Of a stretch of DNA of 37,610 nt, positions 8,544 to 17,014 are shown in pieces. Every line of letters begins with the position of its first letter. Within the stretch, counting starts at the first letter, position 1. The notes under the pieces were generated by a model. The model made no database searches and was not told the origin of the DNA. It saw only the letters and a list, made by a program, of their open reading frames with translations. This DNA is from a virus (taxonomy: Duplodnaviria > Caudoviricetes), in the IMG/VR virus record IMGVR_UViG_3300048577_000445, positions 1-37,610 of that record; one strand, written 5' to 3'. A program made the position numbers and the translations under genes.

Positions 8544-8776
8544 GCTTCCCCACCCGCTTTCAGGTCCATGTGACCGACCACGCCGTCGTCCGCTGGCTGG
8601 AGCGGGTGGAAGGCTATGACGTCGAGATGGTCCGCCGCGCCATCAAGGCCTCAGACCCCAATGGGTGGATCGCCAAGGGCGCCCACGGCCTGCAGCTGCC
8701 GGCCCTGGGCGTGCGGTTGGTGGCGCGGGACGGCTTGATCAAGACGGTGATCCCCCTGCATGAGGGTCCCCGCTGA
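8540..8776 (+). CDS. Hypothetical phage protein (VTDHAVVRWLER motif)
   Basis: Coupled both sides; T-x-H-A-x-x-R helix and terminal TVI strand. Confidence 0.75.
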   Translation: MSFPTRFQVHVTDHAVVRWLERVEGYDVEMVRRAIKASDPNGWIAKGAHGLQLPALGVRLVARDGLIKTVIPLHEGPR

Positions 8777-9066
8777 TGGCCCGCCGCAAGCCTGCGCGCC
8801 GCGCCGCGCGCCAGACCAAGGTCATCGACTGGAGGCCGGACATCGCCGGCCTGTTCAGGCTGGCGGCAATGGGCTGGACGCCGCCGGCCAGCGTCAGGGT
8901 CAGCGCCGGCGCGCGGTCCCAGACCTGGACTGCAGTGTTTCAGAACCCGAACAACGGCCAGGCCTTCCAGCTGAAGGTGCGCCTGCGCCTGGGCGAGACC
9001 GGCTGGCATGTGGCCGACGAGACCCTGGAGACTCGCCTGATCGGGCGGGTGGGAGGTGCGAAGTGA
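8776..9066 (+). CDS. Hypothetical protein
   Basis: 96 aa, basic N-terminus, TGATG/GTGA coupling. Confidence 0.7.
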   Translation: MARRKPARRAARQTKVIDWRPDIAGLFRLAAMGWTPPASVRVSAGARSQTWTAVFQNPNNGQAFQLKVRLRLGETGWHVADETLETRLIGRVGGAK

Positions 9067-9731
9067 GCGCCGCCCGCGCCGGCGTCTTCGCCCCGGTCCC
9101 CGCTGCACGTCGGTCGATGCTGGCCAAGGTTCACCTGGCCGCCAAGGAACTCGGCCTGGATGAGGACGCCCGCCGCGACGTGCTCGAGCGCGTCACGGGC
9201 CGGCGCTCGGCCGGCGACTGCCGGGACGATCAGCTCGACGCCGTGCTGGCCGAGTTCAAGCGCCTGGGCTGGAAGCCGAAGCCCAGCGCGAAGGCGAGAA
9301 CGGGTACGGCGCCCATTGCTGGGCGGCGGCCTGCGACCCATCCGGTGGCGCTGAAGGCGCGGGCCATGTGGATCTCGCTCTGGAACCTGGGCGTGGTCCG
9401 CTCCTCCACCGAGGCCAGCCTTGAAGCCTTCGCCAAGCGCCAGCTGCGGGTGGATCGCCTGCAGTGGGCCGACCAGGGCCAGGGCTACCGGCTGATCGAG
9501 GCGCTGAAGGCCATGGCTGAGCGCGCCGGCTGGAGCCAGGACCTGATCCTGATCAAGCCGGAGCGCCACGTCTGGACCCTGAAGGCGCGGCTCTACAACG
9601 CCCAGCTCCGCGCCCTGGCCGAGCCGGTGGCCCAGCTGCAGGGCGTCACCGAGGCGCAGTTGGACAAGCTGATCGCGGCGGCGGGCGTGCGGCTGCGGGC
9701 GACCCTGACTAGCGAAGGCGGTGCGGAATGA
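9063..9731 (+). CDS. gemA: GemA / Mu gp16 family (DUF1018)
   Basis: LAKVHLAAKELGLDED..R..L...TG.RS, KARAMW, LIEALKAM motifs; GTG start after GGAGG. Confidence 0.9.
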   Translation: MSAARAGVFAPVPAARRSMLAKVHLAAKELGLDEDARRDVLERVTGRRSAGDCRDDQLDAVLAEFKRLGWKPKPSAKARTGTAPIAGRRPATHPVALKARAMWISLWNLGVVRSSTEASLEAFAKRQLRVDRLQWADQGQGYRLIEALKAMAERAGWSQDLILIKPERHVWTLKARLYNAQLRALAEPVAQLQGVTEAQLDKLIAAAGVRLRATLTSEGGAE

Positions 9732-9919
9732 GCTCGCCCCGTCGCAAGAAGGTCTGCGGTCGCAACCCGGCCCTTGGTCCCGGCTCTTGCTGGTTCTGGT
9801 GGGAGGGCTGCCCCGCCAACGTTCCCGATTGCCACCATCGCCGCATGGCGCGCCTCCATGCCTGCTGGACGGAGCACGAGCGGGCGTTGAACGTGCTGAT
9901 CGCCGAGGTGCTGGGCTGA
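9728..9919 (+). CDS. Small Cys/His/Trp-rich protein
   Basis: 63 aa, five Cys; coupled both sides. Confidence 0.6.
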   Translation: MSSPRRKKVCGRNPALGPGSCWFWWEGCPANVPDCHHRRMARLHACWTEHERALNVLIAEVLG

Positions 9920-10134
9920 TGACCCCGGCGGATCTCTTCACCTGGCGCGAGGAAGTCGAGGCGGCCCAGAAGGTCGCCCAGGCCGAGGCTGAACGCGCCA
10001 GTGCGGAGCGGTCCTGCCGCTATGCGCCCCATGGCCAGGTCAGGGCGCGGCAGGCGCGCCTGCAGGCGGCTACGGCGCAGGCCCTGGCGGCGGAGATCCG
10101 GCTGGCGCGTCTGCGGGCCGAGGGTCAGCCATGA
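9919..10134 (+). CDS. Hypothetical helical protein
   Basis: MTPADLFTWREEV..., GAGG RBS, TGATG/ATGA coupling. Confidence 0.65.
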   Translation: MTPADLFTWREEVEAAQKVAQAEAERASAERSCRYAPHGQVRARQARLQAATAQALAAEIRLARLRAEGQP

Positions 10135-10496
10135 CCATCTATGACGGCTTCCTGGGTCTGGTCGAACGGCACGCCGGCCTTGAGGCGGCCCGCGACCTGG
10201 CCCGCAAGCGCGGCGGCACCGAGATCAAGCTGTCGGCTCATCCGCGCAGCGTGCTGGCGAGGATCGTCGGCGCAGACGCCGCCAAGGCGATCGTCGAAGA
10301 GCGCGGCCCTGAGAAGGTGACGGTGCCCATGGGCGATCTGAGGGGGCAGAAGGCGCGGCGGGCCGCGATCTCTCACCAGGTCGCGGCAGGCCGGTCGAAC
10401 AGCCAGGTGGCGCTGGCCTGCGATGTTCATGAGCGGACGGTGCGCCGGGTCCGAGAGCGCCTGAAGACGCCGCTGCCGCTGTTTCCCGACGACTAG
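10131..10496 (+). CDS. mor: Mor/C-family transcription activator
   Basis: AARDLARKRGGTEIKL N-terminal motif and C-terminal HTH (GRSNSQVALACDVHERTVRRV); last gene before lysis as in Mu-like phages. Confidence 0.8.
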   Translation: MTIYDGFLGLVERHAGLEAARDLARKRGGTEIKLSAHPRSVLARIVGADAAKAIVEERGPEKVTVPMGDLRGQKARRAAISHQVAAGRSNSQVALACDVHERTVRRVRERLKTPLPLFPDD

Positions 10497-10543
10497 TGCG
10501 GACACATGTCCGGGGCTACGGCCCCTGACAGCGGAGCCATGCT
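10496..10543 (+). promoter_or_regulatory. Putative activator-dependent late promoter 1 (lysis/packaging operon)
   Basis: GTGCGGACACATGTCCGGGGCTAC (10496-10519), palindrome CGGACA-N2-TGTCCG, 22/24 identical to 18656-18679; -10-like CATGCT at 10538-10543. Confidence 0.75.
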
Positions 10544-10558
10544 GCCCACGACAACTCG

Positions 10559-10578
10559 CCCGGCGCAAGCCGGGTTTT
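10559..10578 (+). terminator. Short GNRA hairpin with U tract in lysis leader
   Basis: CCCGGC-GCAA-GCCGGG-TTTT. Confidence 0.55.
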
Positions 10579-10595
10579 GCGTGAGGCGCGAGCCC

Positions 10596-11228
10596 TTGAA
10601 CAGCCCGACCATCATTGAGGTTCCCCGCCCGCAGGGCTGGACGCCCAGCCATGAGGCGCGCTGGGGCGTGGTCGCCGCCCGCATCCTGCGGATCGAGGGC
10701 GGTCATGTGAACGACCCGGTCGATCGGGGCGGCGAGACCCAGTACGGGATCTCGCTGCGTTTCCTGAAGGCCGTGGGCCAGATCGACACCAATCAGGACG
10801 GCTTCGCCGACCTGGACCTAAACTTCGACACCGTCCTGGACGGCCAGGATATCCGCCTGATCACCCCGGACATCGCGCGAGGGCTCTACCTCAAGCACTT
10901 CTATGTCGGCCCGGGCTTCTGGTCGCTGCCGAGGCCCTATGACGCGGCGATCTTCGACCAGGCCGTCAATGGCGGGACTACGGCGGCGATCAAGATCCTG
11001 CAGCGCGCCCTGAACCGCCAGGGCAAGCCGTTCCTGAAGGTGGACGGTGCCCTGGGGCCGGTCACCCGCGCCAAGCTGACGGAGTGCCTGCGCTACGGCT
11101 ATCCGGTGCTCGAGGCCATCCGGGCCGAGGCGCTGGACCGCTACCGCGCCATCGTCCGCGCCGACCCCAAACAGAAGCGGTTCCTGAACGGCTGGGAGCG
11201 TCGCGCCAGGGAGCTGGGTCGTGTCTGA
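10596..11228 (+). CDS. Endolysin, glycoside hydrolase family 108 with C-terminal peptidoglycan-binding domain
   Basis: EGGHVNDPVDRGGETQYGIS catalytic motif, FDQAVNGG, VDGALGP.T, FLNGW..R; TTG 10596 preferred (GTGAGG RBS) because upstream ATGs fall inside the promoter motif. Confidence 0.92.
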   Translation: MNSPTIIEVPRPQGWTPSHEARWGVVAARILRIEGGHVNDPVDRGGETQYGISLRFLKAVGQIDTNQDGFADLDLNFDTVLDGQDIRLITPDIARGLYLKHFYVGPGFWSLPRPYDAAIFDQAVNGGTTAAIKILQRALNRQGKPFLKVDGALGPVTRAKLTECLRYGYPVLEAIRAEALDRYRAIVRADPKQKRFLNGWERRARELGRV

Positions 11229-11487
11229 GCCTCATGCCGCACCGCCTGCACCCCCCTTGGCAGAAGTCCAATGGACCCACCGGCGGGCCTTCTCTTACGG
11301 CGCGGCCGGCGCACTCATCTTCTTGTTGGGCGGCATCGTTCTCTTCCGCACGGATGATCCAGAGGTGCTGAAGCCGCTCGGCCTGGCCTTCTGCGGTCTG
11401 ATTGCCCTGGTGACGCTGGTCTATGTCGCGGGCGCCACAGCCACCGACATCGCCCGCATCATCGAAGCCCGGGGGCGCGGCAAATGA
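11221..11487 (+). CDS. Putative holin (two TM helices)
   Basis: Two hydrophobic stretches, basic C-terminus, directly after endolysin. Confidence 0.75.
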   Translation: MSEPHAAPPAPPLAEVQWTHRRAFSYGAAGALIFLLGGIVLFRTDDPEVLKPLGLAFCGLIALVTLVYVAGATATDIARIIEARGRGK

Positions 11488-12017
11488 ACCTGCAGGCCAT
11501 GATCGGCTGGGGCTTCATCGGCGCGCTGGCGGCGGTGGCGGTCACCGCCACCATCCAGACCGCGCGCCTTGAGAACGCCAAGGGCGACCTGCGCGAAGCC
11601 CGGGCCTGCCTGAGCGCCATCCCCGATGAGGCCGCCCGGCCGGGCGCCGAGGCCGCCTGCGCGCCACCGGTGGCCGAGGTGGTGGCCCAGGCCCGGCTGG
11701 GGGCGCTCTGCCACCAAGCCCTGGCCGCCGGCGACGTGGCCCTGCTGGAGCGGGCCTGTCCCGCCGAGATCAAGCGCCTGGACGCCCAGGTCGCCGCCGA
11801 CCGCCACACCCTGGCGAGCCTGCGGGCCCAGCTGGCCCAGGCCGCCGAGACCCAAACCCAAGCCGTTCTCCGCGCCGAGGCGCGGGGCCGGTCTCAAGCC
11901 GAGAGAGACGTCCGTGCCCAAGCTGTCCGTGACGCTGCGCCTCGTGATGTGGACGGCCTGCGCGTCTTTGACGCTGGTCGCCTGTGCGAGCGCTTCGAAA
12001 CACCCCCCTGCGCCTGA
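11484..12017 (+). CDS. Inner-membrane spanin (Rz-like)
   Basis: N-terminal TM, Ala-rich coiled coil with Cys residues, in lysis cassette. Confidence 0.7.
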   Translation: MNLQAMIGWGFIGALAAVAVTATIQTARLENAKGDLREARACLSAIPDEAARPGAEAACAPPVAEVVAQARLGALCHQALAAGDVALLERACPAEIKRLDAQVAADRHTLASLRAQLAQAAETQTQAVLRAEARGRSQAERDVRAQAVRDAAPRDVDGLRVFDAGRLCERFETPPCA

Positions 12018-12243
12018 ACGTGCGGCCAATCCCGTGGTCCAGCGGATCTATGAGACCCGGCTGGTCTGCCCGGCAGAGGTGACGCTGCCGATCCCGCCGG
12101 AGGCCCGACCGGCGGCCGACGCCGTGGTGCGCACCAACGAAGCCGGCGACGCCTATCTGGCCGCCAAGGATGGTCGCGAAGATCTGCTGGCCGCGCGGAT
12201 GAGCGCAGCCCAGGTCGAGTGCCTGGAAGGTCAGGCGCGATGA
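11914..12243 (+). CDS. Outer-membrane lipoprotein spanin (Rz1-like), overlapping Rz
   Basis: GTG 11914 after GAGAGAG; signal peptide with lipobox LVAC, Pro-rich mature part, +1 frame inside Rz 3' end. Confidence 0.72.
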   Translation: MPKLSVTLRLVMWTACASLTLVACASASKHPPAPERAANPVVQRIYETRLVCPAEVTLPIPPEARPAADAVVRTNEAGDAYLAAKDGREDLLAARMSAAQVECLEGQAR

Positions 12244-12470
12244 GCGATGACGCCGACCTGGCCCAGGGCTTCGAGACCTTCCGGCGCGACATGGCCCTGG
12301 CCCGCGCGCTCGCCCCCGAGCCGGAGCGGCGGCCCCGGGCGAGCGGCTGCTGCGCGGCCTGCGGCGATGACATCGAGGCCGAGCGCCTGGCCGTCCATCC
12401 GAACGCCCGCCGGTGCCTGTTCTGCCAAGAGGCGCTGGAGCGCCAACGTCGTATCTGCGTGAGGGCCTGA
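12240..12470 (+). CDS. TraR/DksA C4-type zinc-finger protein
   Basis: MSDDADLAQ (DxxDxA), CAACGDDIEAERL..HP.ARRCLFCQ. Confidence 0.88.
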   Translation: MSDDADLAQGFETFRRDMALARALAPEPERRPRASGCCAACGDDIEAERLAVHPNARRCLFCQEALERQRRICVRA

Positions 12471-12473
12471 GCC

Positions 12474-12833
12474 TTGGACCATCTGATCAAGTACCTGCCG
12501 CTCGCCCTATTCCTGCTGAACGCCCTCACGGTGTGGGCCTGCTGGTCGCTGCGCCAGCTCGCCAAGAGCGAGATCGCCGAGGCGGTGGCGGCGCTGCGGG
12601 CGAAGGACGAGGCGATCTGCGAGGACGTGGACGAACACGACACCAAGATCACCAAGCTGGAAGGCCGGGTCGAACACATCGAGCGCGACATCGAGAACCT
12701 GCCCACCAAGGCCGACATCGCCCGGCTTGAGGGCGACGTGAAAGAGGTCGGCTCGGCCGTCCGCGCCGTGCAGAGCGGGGTCGGCCGGCTTGAGGGCTAC
12801 TTCCTGACCCGTGGGGTGGAGAGCGCCGGATGA
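12474..12833 (+). CDS. DUF2730 / Mu gp25-like membrane-anchored coiled-coil protein
   Basis: N-terminal TM, IENLPTKADIARLE motif, position before gp26/gp27. Confidence 0.75.
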   Translation: MDHLIKYLPLALFLLNALTVWACWSLRQLAKSEIAEAVAALRAKDEAICEDVDEHDTKITKLEGRVEHIERDIENLPTKADIARLEGDVKEVGSAVRAVQSGVGRLEGYFLTRGVESAG

Positions 12834-13132
12834 GCTACAGCGAGACCTTTCAGCAGCACCTGCGCCTGGCGGTCCTGCGGCTGCTGGACGAACAGCCTCA
12901 GTGCAAGGCCAACAGCTCGGCCCTCCACTCCCTGGTGGACGCCATGGGCTTTGCGGTCAGCCGCGACGTGGTGCGCGGGGTCCTGGCGTGGCTGGCCGAG
13001 CATGGCCTGATCACGCTCTCGGACACGGCGATGCCGGGCCTCTCCATCGCGGTGCTCACCGAGCGGGGGGCCGACGTCGCCGCCGGCCGCACCCGCGTCC
13101 CCGGCGTCGAACGCCCGACTCCGCGGGGTTGA
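12830..13132 (+). CDS. Mu gp26-like winged-helix protein
   Basis: RLAVLRLL...N.S.L...SRD.V...LAWLAEHGL...LTERGADVA.GR..VPGV.RP signature. Confidence 0.88.
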   Translation: MSYSETFQQHLRLAVLRLLDEQPQCKANSSALHSLVDAMGFAVSRDVVRGVLAWLAEHGLITLSDTAMPGLSIAVLTERGADVAAGRTRVPGVERPTPRG

Positions 13133-13135
13133 GGC

Positions 13136-13678
13136 ATGGGCAAGCGAGGCTTCGCCTCCCAACTGCCGACCGACCTTCGGGAGGAGCTGGACCGCCAGAT
13201 CGTCGACGGCCGGGTCTCGGTTGATGACCTCTGGGCCTGGCTGAAGGATCGTGGGGTCGAGGTCGGCCGCTCCTCGGTCCATCGGCACATGCAGTCGGTC
13301 GAGGAGGTCTCCGCCCAGATGCGCGAGGCCCGGGAGGCCGCCCAGGCGATCGTCGGCCAGCTGGGTCCGGAGGCTGCCGAGGGCAAGATCGGCCAGCTGC
13401 TGATCGAGGTGACCCAGAACATCGCCTTCAAGATCGCCCGGGAGCGCCTGACCCGCGAGGATGGCCCTGGCCTGGACATGGAGGAGCTGATGTTCCTCAC
13501 CAGCTCGATCCAGAAGCTGACCTCGGCCCAGGCCACTGACCAGGCGCGGATCGCCAAGATCCGCGCCGAGGAAGCCAAGAGCGCCGCAGCCAGGGCCGAG
13601 AAGGCCATGAAGTCGAAGGGCATGTCCGGCGATACGGTGGACTTCATCCGCCGCGCTGTACTGGGGACGGCGGATTGA
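13136..13678 (+). CDS. DUF3486 / Mu gp27 terminase small subunit
   Basis: QLP..LREEL, VGRSSVHR, GMS.DT...IRR.VLG motifs; upstream of TerL. Confidence 0.87.
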   Translation: MGKRGFASQLPTDLREELDRQIVDGRVSVDDLWAWLKDRGVEVGRSSVHRHMQSVEEVSAQMREAREAAQAIVGQLGPEAAEGKIGQLLIEVTQNIAFKIARERLTREDGPGLDMEELMFLTSSIQKLTSAQATDQARIAKIRAEEAKSAAARAEKAMKSKGMSGDTVDFIRRAVLGTAD

Positions 13679-15171
13679 AGCTCAACCCGGCATCCGAGGC
13701 CGAACAAAGGGCCTTCGAGCGGGAGGCGGCGGGCGCGGCGTTCGAGCGGCTCCCGCGGGGCGATCTGCTGCTCAAGTACCAGGCGCGCACCCTGGACCGC
13801 CTCTTCGCCGGCGTGTCGCTGCTGGTGATCGAGAAGAGCCGCCGCATCGGTCTGACCTGGGGCCTGGCGGCCTATGCGGTGCTGACCGCCGGCGCTGTCC
13901 CGTCCAAAGGCGGCATGAACGCCTGGTACATGGGCTACGACATGGAGATGGCCCGGGAGTTCATCGACACCTGCGCCATGTGGGCCAGGGCCTTTGGCAT
14001 CGCCGCCGAGGCCGCCGACGAGGAGATGCTCGATGGGGACGGCGAGAAGGTCCAGGCCTTCCGCATCCGCTTCGCCTCCGGCTTCAAGATCGTGGCCCTT
14101 CCATCGGTGCCGCGAGCCCTGCGCGGTAAGCAGGGCCTGGTGATCATCGACGAGGCGGCCTTCCACAAGGATCTGGCCGAGGTGCTGAAGGCGGCCATCG
14201 CGCTGCTCATGTGGGGCGGCCAGGTGGTGGTGGTCTCCACCCACGACGGGGTGGCCAACCCCTTCAACCTCATGCTCGACGACGTCAGGTCCGGCCGCCG
14301 GAAGGGCGAGTCGATCACCATCACCTTCGACGACGCCATCGCCGACGGCCTCTACGAGCGCATCGCCATGTCCTTCGAGATCAAGGGCCGGAAGATCGCC
14401 GCCAAGGCCGACTGGATCGCCGACATCCGCGACACCTATGGCGAGGACGCCGAGGAGGAGCTGGACTGCGTCCCCAAGGCCGGCGCGGGGTCCTGGCTCG
14501 ATCCCGCCGCCCTGGCGGCCTGTGAGCATCCCGATGCGGGCCTGCCCGAGCTCTATGCCGGCGGGCCTTACTTCATGGGCCGGGACGTCGCCAGGCGACG
14601 CGACCTGGCCGTCATCTACGGCTGCGAGGAGGTGGGCGACGTCCTCTGGCTTCGCGACCGGTGGCTGGGCCGAGGCGCCACCTTCCAGGCCCAGGACGAC
14701 GCCACCGCCGACCTGATCCGTCGCCGGCGCATGGTCCGGTACTTCATCGACCAGACCGGCATGGGCGAGAAGGTGGTTGAGGACGAACAGCGCCTCTATG
14801 GCGAGAGCCGGGTGACGGGCGTCCTGCTGACCGGTCCCAACCGGCTGGACCTCGCCATCGCGCTGAAGGACCGGGTGGACCGGTGCCTGCTGCGCATTCC
14901 GCCGAAGCCCGAGATCCGCACCGATTTCCGGGCGATCAAGAAGAAGGGCGGCCTGGCCGGCTCCATCTCGCTGGTCAACGACGGCGACGTCCACGCCGAC
15001 GAGTTCTGGGCCGCGGGCCTGGTCTGCGCGGCGGCCGGCGTCCCCTACCAGCCCTACGCCTACCACGCGGTCACCGGCCGGGACTTCACCGGTGAGAGCG
15101 CGCTCGCCCGCCGGCGCGCCGAGAACGAAGGCCAGGGCGGAAGCTCCGGCTTCAGAGGATTCAGGTACTGA
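13675..15171 (+). CDS. Terminase large subunit (Mu gp28-like)
   Basis: EKSRRIGLTW Walker A variant, LRGKQGLVIIDEAAFH Walker B, G.DVARRRD, IDQTGMG, HADEFWA nuclease motifs. Confidence 0.95.
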   Translation: MKLNPASEAEQRAFEREAAGAAFERLPRGDLLLKYQARTLDRLFAGVSLLVIEKSRRIGLTWGLAAYAVLTAGAVPSKGGMNAWYMGYDMEMAREFIDTCAMWARAFGIAAEAADEEMLDGDGEKVQAFRIRFASGFKIVALPSVPRALRGKQGLVIIDEAAFHKDLAEVLKAAIALLMWGGQVVVVSTHDGVANPFNLMLDDVRSGRRKGESITITFDDAIADGLYERIAMSFEIKGRKIAAKADWIADIRDTYGEDAEEELDCVPKAGAGSWLDPAALAACEHPDAGLPELYAGGPYFMGRDVARRRDLAVIYGCEEVGDVLWLRDRWLGRGATFQAQDDATADLIRRRRMVRYFIDQTGMGEKVVEDEQRLYGESRVTGVLLTGPNRLDLAIALKDRVDRCLLRIPPKPEIRTDFRAIKKKGGLAGSISLVNDGDVHADEFWAAGLVCAAAGVPYQPYAYHAVTGRDFTGESALARRRAENEGQGGSSGFRGFRY

Positions 15172-15173
15172 AC

Positions 15174-16772
15174 ATGCCGCAGCTGCTCGGGCCTGATGGC
15201 CGGCCAATCCAGGTGACGAAGAAGGCCCTGTCCGAGGAGGTGGCGCGCCCCGGGATGACCGGCGTGCGCCAGGCCTGGTCGGCCGATAGCGCCGTCGCCG
15301 GCCTCACGCCCGATCGCCTCGAGGCCATCCTGCGCCAGGCCAACCAGGGCGACATGGACGCCTTCCTGGTCCTGGCCGAGGAGATGGAGGAGCGCGACCC
15401 GCACTACGGCTCGGTGCTGCAGACCCGCAAGCTGGCGGTGCTGGGCCTCGACCGGCAGCTGACCTGGGCCAAGGGCCAGCAGGACGAGGCCCGCGCCGAT
15501 GAGATCCTTGAAGCCTGTTCGGAGCTGATCGACGCTCCGGCCTTCGAAGACCTGGTCGAGGGTTGCCTCGACGCCGTCGCCAAGGGCTACGCCGCCACCG
15601 AGATCCTGTGGGACACCAGCGGCGCCGCCTGGCGCCCGAGGGCCTATGTCCACCGGGACCCGCGCTGGTTCCGGTTCGACCGGGAGACGGGCCGGGAGCT
15701 GCGCCTGCGCGACTCCGGCGCCCTGGACGGCGTCCCGCTGCCGGCCTTCAAGTTCGCCGTCCACCTGACCGGCCGCAAGTCTGGCCTGCCGGCCCGGGCT
15801 GGCCTCGCCCGCCTGGTGGCCTTCAGCTTCGTCTGCAAGCTCTACGGGCTGAAGGACTGGATGGCCTATGCGGAGATCTTCGGCATCCCGCTGCGGCTCG
15901 GCCGCTATGACGGGTCGGCCACCCCGGCCGATGTCGAGGTGCTGAAGCGGGCGGTCTTCGGCCTCGGCTCGGACGCCGCCGCCGTCATCCCCAAGTCCAT
16001 GGACATCGAGTTCCCGACCGCCGGCTCCGGCGTCGGCGGGGCCGAGCTGTTCGAGCGCCTGGTCAAGTTCATCGACGCCCAGGTCTCCAAGGCCGTCCTC
16101 GGCCAGACCATGACCACGGACGACGGCGCCAGTCGCGCCCAGGCCCAGGTCCATGAGGAGGTGCGCACCGACCTCCTGAAGGCCGACGCCCGCGGCATCG
16201 GCAAGTGCGTCACGCGAGATCTGCTGGCCCCGTTCGTGGCCTTCAACTTCGGCCCTGCCGCGCCGGTGCCCCGGCTGAACCTGGTGGTGGACGAACCCGA
16301 GGACGTCGAGAGCCTGTCCAACGCCCTAGACCGGCTGGTTCCCCTGGGCCTGCGGGTCGACCAGGCGGAGATCCGCGGCAAGCTCAAGCTCAGCGAGCCG
16401 GCCGAGGGCGCCGAGGTGCTGTCGCCGCCGGCCGCCGCCCAGGCCGCCGCCTCGCTGCCGCCGGCGCTCACCGCAGATCGGCGGCGACCGGCCCTGGCCA
16501 GGTCTGGCCTGCCGGCGGCCGAGTCCCGGCGGGAGGCGGTGGAGACGACGTTGGACGAGATCCAGCTGGCGGAGCTGGACGGCTGGGCCAGAACCTTCGA
16601 TGTCGAGGCCCAGGCGGTCATCGAGCTTGTCCGCACCTCGTCCAACTTTGACGACGTGCTCACGGGTCTGGAGCGCATGGCCGGCGACCTTGAGGCGCCG
16701 GCCGCGGCCCGCTCGCTCGCCCGGGCGATGTTCCAGGCCGCAGCCCTGGCCCGGCCGCGCGAGCGCGGCTGA
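15174..16772 (+). CDS. Portal protein (DUF935, Mu gp29)
   Basis: LAEEMEERDPHY, DAVAKGY, W..YAEIFGIPLRLGRY, SKAVLGQTMTT, AQVHEEVR motifs. Confidence 0.95.
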   Translation: MPQLLGPDGRPIQVTKKALSEEVARPGMTGVRQAWSADSAVAGLTPDRLEAILRQANQGDMDAFLVLAEEMEERDPHYGSVLQTRKLAVLGLDRQLTWAKGQQDEARADEILEACSELIDAPAFEDLVEGCLDAVAKGYAATEILWDTSGAAWRPRAYVHRDPRWFRFDRETGRELRLRDSGALDGVPLPAFKFAVHLTGRKSGLPARAGLARLVAFSFVCKLYGLKDWMAYAEIFGIPLRLGRYDGSATPADVEVLKRAVFGLGSDAAAVIPKSMDIEFPTAGSGVGGAELFERLVKFIDAQVSKAVLGQTMTTDDGASRAQAQVHEEVRTDLLKADARGIGKCVTRDLLAPFVAFNFGPAAPVPRLNLVVDEPEDVESLSNALDRLVPLGLRVDQAEIRGKLKLSEPAEGAEVLSPPAAAQAAASLPPALTADRRRPALARSGLPAAESRREAVETTLDEIQLAELDGWARTFDVEAQAVIELVRTSSNFDDVLTGLERMAGDLEAPAAARSLARAMFQAAALARPRERG

Positions 16773-17014
16773 TGACGCCGCCCTGCAGGTACGCCAACCG
16801 GTCCACCGAGCAGGTGGATGAGCATGATCACGCCCTGCCGTCGGAGCGGGACCTGTGCGCCTGGGCGCACTTCCATCCGGATGCGCCCGCCGCCCTGATC
16901 AAGGCGCCGCCCTGGCTCGCCCGGGTGGCGCTGGCCGGCCACCTGATGACGCCGACCAACTGTGGCGCGGGCTGCCCAGGCTATGAGGCCGGACCGCCGG
17001 TCGAGGGGCCCTGA
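16772..17014 (+). CDS. Small Cys/His-containing protein inserted between portal and MuF
   Basis: 80 aa, TGATG-coupled at both ends, C/H motifs (CRY, HDH, LCAW, NCGAGCPGY). Confidence 0.6.
   Translation: MTPPCRYANRSTEQVDEHDHALPSERDLCAWAHFHPDAPAALIKAPPWLARVALAGHLMTPTNCGAGCPGYEAGPPVEGP

Noticed and set aside
10506-10595. Endolysin N-terminal extension from ATG 10506 or 10539
   Set aside because: These ATGs lie within the palindromic promoter and -10 box; TTG 10596 has an RBS
12898-15207. 769-aa minus-strand ORF (also 3832-5028, 18251-19804, 24635-25978, 27659-29485, 29326-30825)
   Set aside because: Antisense shadows of well-supported plus-strand genes, expected at this GC content; no recognisable motifs
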